Origin: Eledone cirrhosa
Taxonomy: Eukaryota
Assembly: GCA_964016885.1 (NCBI GenBank)
Contig: OZ024743.1
Location: 248,310,001-248,374,000 of the forward strand
Length of the DNA: 64,000 nucleotides
Direction: 5' to 3'
Below the pieces are notes generated by a model, which saw nothing but the letters and a program-made list of their open reading frames with translations, did no database searches and had not been told where the DNA came from. The position numbers and the translations under genes were made by a program. Of the stretch, positions 54,997 through 64,000 are shown piece by piece; position 1 is the first letter of the stretch; every line of letters starts with the position of its first letter.

Positions 54997-57900
54997 AGCT
55001 CCCGGCACATCTGAGAGGTCCGTAGCACACATTAAGTAGTGATTTGGTTTGTGATTACCTGTCCAAACTTTGCTAGCAGGGAGAACAGACGTTAAATGAC
55101 GATGACGATGACGATGATGATGTATGTATGTGTGTATGTATTTGTTAGTACAAACGAGAAAAACAGATCATTATACGTAAGTGGAGTGATATGTGGTATA
55201 TAATCAGTTATAGTTGTGAAGTTATATCAGTAACTCTAAAGCCAAGAGTTTCAAGCTTTAGAGTATTTCTCCCTCAATTCACTAGTAGAGCTCCACAGCT
55301 ATAATAATGTATATATTTGTATATAAACTTTATGATGATTTTTTAAGGCGGCAATTTGACAGAGTCGTTAGAACGTCGGATATAATTTTTTTTTTTTTTA
55401 TTACGGCATTGATTTCGATTTTTTTGAGTTCAAATACGATCGAGCTCAACATTACTTTTCATCCTTTCGTGGTCGATAAATAAAATACCAGTCCCGTATT
55501 CGGGCTGATTTCCAACTTCTCTCTCGTTGTCTATCTCTCTGTTTCTCTGGAACCTCGAGCGGGATGGCATTCGTCAGGTTTAAATACCTTAAACCCGTCG
55601 TATGTAACGACGGCGCTCCTACGACACCTTTAAGAATTAAGGGCTCGTGTTATGCCATATTATATATTTATATACACACACCTACAACTACGCTACCGCA
55701 TATCACCCTCCCATTTTTTATTACCAATCTACTACTATGACAACAACAATCCTAACAATGAACGCAGCCACCCTTATTATGCCTCTTGTGATTGTCACAT
55801 AACCAGAACGTGTATGCTATTATTACCGTTAACACCATCCCCATCGCCACCTCCGCCCGTTTGCATGCTACCCACCCCGTCGCTGGCAACCTCTCCCCAC
55901 CTACCAGTCGCCGCTATCACTGCTGCTGTCTTCGAAGGTATTGTGAAAAATTTGCTCTTGTAAGGACTACAAACGACGGTGATGTGTGAACAACCGAAGA
56001 ATCAGCTACATAACATATAACGTTTCAGTAACGAAAGGAATTATGTGTCTATGTGTGTGTGTGCAGGTGTATTTGTGTATGATTGTCTGGTGTGTGTGTC
56101 TGTGGTGTGTCTGTGTCTGTGTTGCGTGTAAATGTGCATAAGTGAAGGCACGTGGCTTAACGGTTAGGGTGTTTGGAACGCGTTGTATCCTTAGTAGAGA
56201 TCTTTTATTTCTTGTTGTTTCAGTCCACTACTGTGATTCGTAAATAATCACAATGATTTCTCCTTTCAGCGGTTTACAGTTGTCTTAGTTTTCCTTCATA
56301 ATTCCGTTGTCCTCTAGGTTGCTTTATAGAAATATTAAATAGATCCTATTAGTTGTCTGGCACTTTATTTTATCGCCAAAGTTAGAAATAAATTTAGCAA
56401 AGTTGACTCATTACGTGAAAGGTATTTTGTCTGACGTACTAACGTTTCTACCATCCAACGATATTTCTCATTTAAAAGGTAAATGGGAGGAAGACAATAA
56501 AGTCCTGCAATTGAGTTCATCCAAACGACTATAATAATTGCTTATAAATGTTTGGAATTGTGCCAGTGTAAGAAATTAATAATATTTTAATCATTAAAGT
56601 TAATTATTCTATTGTACTATAACATTTAACCAGTTTGATTAGCCATTAATGTCTCCATTTGCCGAACTAAACAAAATCTCTTAGAAGACTCCATTGAGTC
56701 CTTCTTCAAGTGATTCACATATTCCTACATATGTTAATAAATGTACGTTAATGAAAGGGAAAATATATTTCTGCACATTGTGTGCATTTACGTATGAGGG
56801 GAATTGAATGATTTTTTTTTATTTCCTGGTAAAGACATCGTTTTCTAAATGAACCAACTGTACTTTCTTTCATTTTTCCCACGTGACTTTAATAAAACCT
56901 AAAATGTGATATCTCGTTCATTTATTTTATAATTCATTTTGTTGTTATATTTGTTTAACTCGGTTCAGCCCTGATCGAACAAACCTATAATCAAAAACAT
57001 TCCAGTTGTAGCTATTCCATCTTATTTTCAAATTTGTTGTATCTAGGACTACAAATCCATCCATCCAATATTTTTTCTCTCCTTTTCTAAGATGATAGGA
57101 TGCGAATTGAAGGTTGCTTTTAGTAGGTCTATCGGTCACATAGAGGTTGGTTCACTACAATTCATGTTATGTTATATGAGGTAGATACAGAGCCTGCGTT
57201 ATGGCTGGAAACGTTAATGATCTAAATAAAGCACCTCACCAACTGAGCTAGAATCCTGATTTGTGCTAACAGATAAGACATTCAAGTTTTAAAGCATCGT
57301 TCCAATAACAGCTTAAAGGATATCTTGAAATACACCGTGACTGGATGGTGCCAATCAGATAAACCGCAATGAGTATTTTATGATTTTTATAAATGCCGAT
57401 GAGTGGAAATTGTAGGAAAGATAACGACTAAGAATAAATACTGCACAAATCTGAGTTTCATTTCTTTACACTCTGAGTTCGAATGCCACAATCTGGCATG
57501 ATTCAATGTATATATGTATAGACAGGTAGCTCCTAATGGAATGGTAGGGGAGCCGTCGTGACATACAGCGTATCTTGGGCGCTATAAACCTGGCGGAGCT
57601 CATCCTGTCTCCAGATCTGAAAGCAACCGATTTCTTCGGGAGTGGGGAGCGACCCCAGATTGGATTGGTACATTTTTTTATTGACCGCGAAAGGATGAAA
57701 AGTAAAGTTTACCTTGGTTGGTTTTGAACTCAGAGCACAGAGAGTCGGAACGAATACTCCAAAATATTATATCCGATGTTCTAACGACTCTGCCAATTCA
57801 CCGTCTATTTATTCTAAATAATTCTTCTGTATTATTTTTTTTATTCTTTCACTGGCTATTGTCATCAGACTACGACCCTGCTGGATACCGCTTTGTTTTA

Positions 57901-58264
57901 GTCGATCATATCGACTCCAGAACTTACATTTTCTAGTCTGGTTCTTATTTTATCGATCTCTTTTTGTCGAACCACTACGTTACGGGAAATAAACACACAG
58001 AAATACAAACATAAACACAGATACGAACACACCACATGCAATTTCCGTCTACCAAATTATACTCACAAGGTCAACCCGAGGTTATAGAAAAAGACATACT
58101 AAAGGTATCATGCAGCGGGAATGAGTCCAGAATCACATGGTTGCGTAGCGAACTTCTTAACTATACATGCTTGTGCCCATACTATATTTAATTCTTTGAA
58201 TTTTCCTCCATCTATTTTATTGTATTTTCCTAAGATCGTTTTTTATATCTTTCTTTCATTTTAG

Positions 58265-58431
58265 TTAATTCCAGAAACTTTGATGAAGTCTCCAGCTGAA
58301 ATGGTTTCAAACATTGCTGGACAAAATATTACAATACCTATTGATCTTTTTAAAGATTTCGAAAATTTAAAGAATGTAACTAAACTCGATTCAGCCACTT
58401 TGATGAGGAAGCTGCTCACTGATTTTCATAA
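58265..58431 (+). CDS. Upstream coding exon of the zinc-finger gene (LIPETLMKSPAEMVSNIAGQNITIPIDLFKDFENLKNVTKLDSATLMRKLLTDFH)
   Basis: Pyrimidine tract plus TTAG acceptor, open frame, AA|GTAAGT donor in phase 2 that joins TTTCAG|A at 60081 in frame with the long ORF. In-frame ATGs at 58283 and 58301. Confidence 0.8.
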
Positions 58432-59090
58432 GTAAGTATATCAAGCTTTATGTGTACTAAAGCTGGATTTCTTCAAAATTATTGAAAATACATTGTATAC
58501 AGTCCTAATTAATAATATTACAACAAACGTAAATTTCTCTGTTAGGCCATTCAACACAGACACAGACACACACACTCTTTCATACATACACACCGACTCT
58601 CTCTCACCCTCTCTCACCCTTTCTCTCTCTGTTAATGTTCTGTGTTCAAATCCTGCCGAGGTTAGCTTTGCCTTTCATCCTTACAAGATCGATAAAATAA
58701 AGTACCAGTAACGCACTGGGATCAGTTTAATTGAGCCCCCCGCCCCAATTGTTGGCCTTGTGCTTAAATCAGAAACCATTATGTGGCTATTGATCTAGTT
58801 TTCATCAATACTCAAAACTTTCATAACCGATTACTCTTTGTTACGTTAAACAGCAGTATATTCAAATAATATGTAGTTATACAGTAGATTTATGTACAGG
58901 GAATCATATGAATGGTTACCTAATTACATTCTTCATAAAGATGTTTAAATTACAATTGTATTGTTTACACAGCTCGGGTAATAGTTCAGACATTTCAAAT
59001 ATTTGGTTTCAAATGTTATTATTGATGAGATAATTAAATTTAAAAATTGATAAATATTTGATAGATAAATTCACTTGAAATATCCTACTT

Positions 59091-59600
59091 TCTTCTTCTT
59101 CTTCTTCTTCTTCTTCTTCTTCTTCTTCTTCTTCTTCTTCTTCTTCTTCTTCTTCTTCTTCTTCTTCTTCTTCTTCTTCTTCTTCTTCTTCTTCTTCTTC
59201 TTCTTCTTCTTCTTCCCGAGAGCGTCGTGGGGGCGCCGTCCTCAAGCACGCCAACCAGAGGGTCCTGTTAGAAGCAACCGATGGATCCCATAGCGTAACC
59301 AACTGAGCCTATGGATGTTATCCAACCACCTTGCTCTTGATCTACCTATGCGTTTCCTACCGGTTGGTTTTGCCGGTGAAATCTGTCCAGCAAATCTTTC
59401 CTGAGACATTCTGACCACATGTCCCTCATATCGGAGCTGTGATCTCTCAATTCGGAGTAGCGGCTCTACCTGAAGCGACTCACTGATCTCCGAGCCATGC
59501 ACTCTATCGAATAACGTTATTCTAGCAACCCTTTGGAGAACCCTCGTATTTATGATCATATTCTTTCGGCCATTATCCAAAATACATAACCATAGGAAAG
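59091..59600 (-). mobile_element. Intronic RTE LINE 3' fragment with an expanded (GAA)n tail (59091-59216)
   Basis: ESLQVEPLLRIERSQLRYEGHVVRMSQER..GRSRARWLD. Confidence 0.82.
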
Positions 59601-59663
59601 AGTAGACAGGAATACGAAATTGAAAATAGCGAGTTTGGTTTTTACACCTCTCCCCAATCTTCT

Positions 59664-59830
59664 GCTGACCGAATCGGTAGAGCGTCGGACAACATGCTTT
59701 GCAGCATAGAGTTATGGCCCCTTACGTTCTGAGTTCAAACCCTGTCGAAGTTAGCTTTGCCTTTCATCCTTACGGGGTCGATAAAACAAAGCATCAGTAA
59801 TGCACTGGAGTAATTGCTGGCGTTGTGCCA
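59664..59830 (+). mobile_element. SINE family A (intronic)
   Basis: Matches the family consensus. Confidence 0.8.
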
Positions 59831-60080
59831 ACAATTACCCCAGCAACACTTGCATTTAATTCCCCCTTCTGCCTTCCATCACTTTGAAAATGGCTTCGAG
59901 ATACTTAAACTTTTCCACCTGCTTTCTCGCAGGCTTTCTCGAGAGGACAAATGTCTCAAGACTAAGACATTCTACTTTTCTTCATTAAAAAAAAAAACCC
60001 TTTAACTTTGAAATATTTTTATAAATTATAATTTCTGTCTTGTTATTGTTGTTTTATCTCAATCATTGATGTTATTTCAG

Positions 60081-63000
60081 ATTAAAAGAACCAGGCAGTT
60101 CCAATTTTATTTCACCGGAAGAAAATTTAACACAAATATCATGTGACTATTCTGAGAAAGCAATAAAGGCAGCAATTGATGCCAACCGCAAACACATTAA
60201 GAAAGAGGACATGTCTTCCTGCTACGAATGTTCCCCAAATACAAATACAACAGACATAAATACTAGTTTAAGTTCCGAATCGGATTTCCCGATAGTCAAT
60301 GGAAGCGAAAGTCCTGGGCTCTGTGCCAGAAACAAAGATCTCCACCTAAATCAATTTAATCTCAAAAGGAAATCCGTAACGGCGAGATTTAAAGTAGCTA
60401 AAGTCGTTTGCAAAGAGGAAGATAATTCGTCCCTTAATGACAGCTACGGAGTAGATGTGGTTCATGGGTCAAAATTGTTTCAGTCTAAATTAGAACCTGA
60501 AAATAATAATTCAGTTTGTGAAGACAGTCCCTTCTACAATAATGCCATAAACTCGACAGATGCAAGGGTCTGCGAACCGCCCAATGCAACAAACTCATAT
60601 TACTATTCTGGTTGTCCACCTGTTTCAACGAAAACAAACCCCTTAAGAAATGTTCATACAGTAACTAAGTCAATCGATCATTCGAAAAATATTTATGCAG
60701 CGAACACAAACATGAACTGTCAAGACGACGGAAGCTGCCGAGAGTCAGACAGCGAAACACCATTAGACTTAAGTATAGTAAAATTAGAACCACATTCTTC
60801 ACATACATCGCTAACTTCATCTCCAGTACCATCACCAGAGAATGAGCATTTGCACTATCAAGGTAACAGTAGTTGCAGGGACGATATTCCTGATATCAAT
60901 GTTGAAAACGAGAAAAAGAACTGCACAGAATATTTTGGAATACAAGCACATGGAGATAATCCCCAACCCTCAACACCAGAACCCAGTCAACGTGATGTTA
61001 TCCGAACTGTTATTAAAAGTAATAGCTCATCACCTGAGATTATGAATGTCACACCTGATAAACAGATAAGTTCTGATTTAACACCACATGTATTTAATAT
61101 GCAGCAATTGCAAACACAAGTACCAAAGTGTAATGAGGCTCAGTTAGTTTTACCTTCACAATTAAATTCACCTTGTCTCAGCGAGGCATCACCGCAAATC
61201 GCTGGCAACTATTTTTCAATCCCAACGCAAGGACCTAGGCCAGTCCCTGTACCAACAAATGTGGTAACGCTACAGAAAAATGATAATTGTATGTATGTTT
61301 ATCCTATGGGTTTCCCAACATTGACAACAATTCCGCAAGGAAGTCACCCAATAGGATTACCTATAATGTCTCAAGCCATGTTGCCTTTGCCCAAAATCGA
61401 TCCAATACAATCTACAGTACAGAATAAACCCATGGAACAAGACCAATTGAAGTTAGTTGCCGAAAGTAACATATTTCCGGGTGTTTACACTAGTATTTTG
61501 AAACTTTCTTCCCACAAAAGATCTCGTTCAAAACCTGAAAAATTAATCCCAACCCCTGTTTCACAAGTTATCTCTACTTCTAGCATCCCCATTCAACCTA
61601 TAAATACACAAACTGTTATGTTCTTCCCCACTATGCAACAAATGCAAACATCGTGTTTACCAACAAATTCTGTAAATAATGTTCAATCCACACCATCTTC
61701 AGCCGTAACAGCCGTTACTACAATAGCTCAGGGTAATATCTCATCACCAAGAGAGTGTATAACAATGACGTCAGCAGGACAAACTAGTACCCAAACAACA
61801 GGTTCGAACCAGCAGTCGATAATCATGGTCTATCCTCATACTGGAATTTCAGCATTAGGAAAACCAGTTCGTCGAAGAGGAAGGCCACCGAAATTGCCAA
61901 TGCTCACGCAGTTATTGATAGACAAAAAACCGAAAGTAAACATAAACCAAATAAACGAAGAAAAATCAAAACCGAAGGTTGAAAACCAGAGTGAATGTTC
62001 AATGTTGACGACACCTTTCCCTGTGGTGAGCAGCAATAACAAACAGGAAGTGAAAAGATCTCATGAGAAAATGGATTGTGTTGAAATCCTATCTGATCCT
62101 CCGGCAAACGTCGCTGCAAACAACAATGCCAATAAACCGAAAAATTTCGAAACACCTTTGGAACCCAAAAAGTCAGAGTTATTATATCAAGAAATGATTT
62201 TGTCTCCAAAGTCATTGAAAAACATAAAACCTCGTAAGTCGCATTCTGCCAATGATTTCATGAAACCAAATGCTAACTTTATTTGCACGTCGTTTAGAAT
62301 ACGTCCAAGAGCGTTCAGAACACGGCGAAATGGCGGCACTCGAGGCCGGAAGAGCTCGAGAGTATCTCAACCAGTGCAGTCGCAACCAATCCCTTCTCCA
62401 TTGCAACAGCAGATAAATCAGCAACAGTTGGAGCTTCAGCAACAGCAACTGCAACAACAGCTGCAACAACAACTACAACAACAACAGCAACAGCACCTGC
62501 AACAACAACAACAAAAAAAGATGCAAGAACAACAGCAACAGCTTCAACAACAATTACAACAGCAACTGCAACACCAATTACAACAGCAGCAACTGCAACA
62601 ACAGCAACAGCATCTACAAAATGTGCAACAGCTGCAGACCCTGAATAAACCCCAGCCTTTGCTGAAACTTTCTCCACCTCAGCTACATGAACAAGATGAT
62701 GAGCAAGATGAAGAACAAGTTGTAGAAGAAGACAGAGACGAAGTAGTAAAGGAGAGAGAGAGAACACCCCTGAGTTCTCCAAAGCCCTTACATTGTAACG
62801 ATGCTAACTCTAACTCGTCTGATGATAGACAAGCAGAAGAAGAAGATATTCTGGAGTTTTCATCAGGCAAAAATCTTTTCCAAGAACTCTATCACTGTAA
62901 AATCTGCAACGATATCGTCTCTTCGGACGAAAAGGTTGCCCATCAAAGACAACACGTGCCTGTGCGGTTCTTTTGTCAGTCATGCGGAATGGAGTACCAG

Positions 63001-63714
63001 TGCTTCTGGGTAAAGAGCCAAGTCACTGAAGATGGTAACCCACCGGAACCCATGGAATGTGACCGATGCAATGTTCATTTCGCCAGTCAAAAATACGATT
63101 TCAGTTGCTGCTTGCAAATACAAAATGGTAATATCTTGTGTGATCTATGTGTCGAACAGTTTCGGACTTTTACACAATTTTATGACCACAGAAATAAATT
63201 TCACCCTAACAGTCCCACCGCTCCTGCTAACCATTATGTGTGTGATAATTGTGACAAAGTGCTTTACTCTGCAAAAGCACTGCGTTATCATCGAAAATTA
63301 CATTTAGATCGCACTGTACAATGCACTATCGGTGATTGCCCAAGGTTTTTTCCGAATAATGTGGAGTTGTCACGTCATATACGTGAGCAACATGATAAAA
63401 TGAAAGAGTTTTTTTGCATATATGACGGTTGCAACAAGAAATTTATGAAAAACTTTCACCTACAAGAACATGTGCGCGTAAAGCACTTCAACATCCGGGC
63501 TTTTCGTTGCTCGTGGCCCGGATGTACAAAAGAATTTGCAGCAGAGAGACATCTCAAAGTGCATCTCTTAATCCACAAGGATGAAAAACCTCTAAAATGT
63601 GACTTTTGTGAGTATAGATGCCGTCAGCGAAATGCCCTAAATTGGCACATGCGCAAACACCCCGAAGCACCTTATAAATATAGAAAATTTTCAATCAATT
63701 CGTCGGATTGTTGA
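60081..63714 (+). CDS. Large terminal exon of a C2H2 zinc-finger transcription factor, ZNF276/ZNF653/ZNF692/ZFP91-like
   Basis: 1167-aa ORF plus 43 in-frame upstream codons to the acceptor. PLDLS at 60760-60774, AT-hook RRRGRPPK at ~61870, polyQ at ~62404-62635. C-terminal C2H2 array ends KPLKCDFCEYRCRQRNALNWHMRKH, resembling the CRQ(R/K)ASLNWHMKKH finger of that family. Confidence 0.93.
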
Positions 63715-64000
63715 AGTTGATAAAAAGAAATTATTTATTTATACATTTATACTTTTCGTTGTTTTTCTTTTACTTTTGTTTGTGAAATAATTTTTTTGCT
63801 TGCATGGAGCCTACATGTTTGTACGAGTGCTGTAAAATCATGGTCAGCTCTAGCGATCCGTACCTGAAATGGGAGTTCGATTTTCAAATGGATTATTTTA
63901 TTTCTCTTATACCACAGTGCTGGCAATGGTTTTTAATGAGTGTGTGTCTGTGAAACATGCATATACACCAGGTCCGAACACAAAGGAACCAAACTCCTAC

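Noticed and set aside
59009-59302. Poly-Glu and poly-Phe ORFs
   Set aside because: Expanded (GAA)n tail of an RTE LINE.

Overview
AT-rich, repeat-dense metazoan DNA; the SINE families and (TA)n load resemble an octopus/cephalopod genome (inference). One host gene is present: a + strand C2H2 zinc-finger transcription factor resembling the ZNF276/ZNF653/ZNF692/ZFP91 family, with a PLDLS motif, AT-hook and polyQ. Its main exon (60081-63714) splices in frame to an exon at 58265-58431 and possibly to a first exon at 15669-15776 across a ~42.5-kb intron. The rest is transposon material: a CR1-like LINE RT, RTE fragments and RT-deleted RTE derivatives, two tRNA-headed SINE families, several MITEs and a Helitron. 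The most notable signal is a Penelope-like-element (PLE) footprint at (TA)n tracts. It comprises a young 2.1-kb palindrome built on a PLE reverse transcriptase, four minimal type I hammerhead motifs with intact cores (two as an inverted pair) plus decayed ones, and six fold-back palindromes at or near (TA)n tracts. All calls are by eye; no database searches were run.
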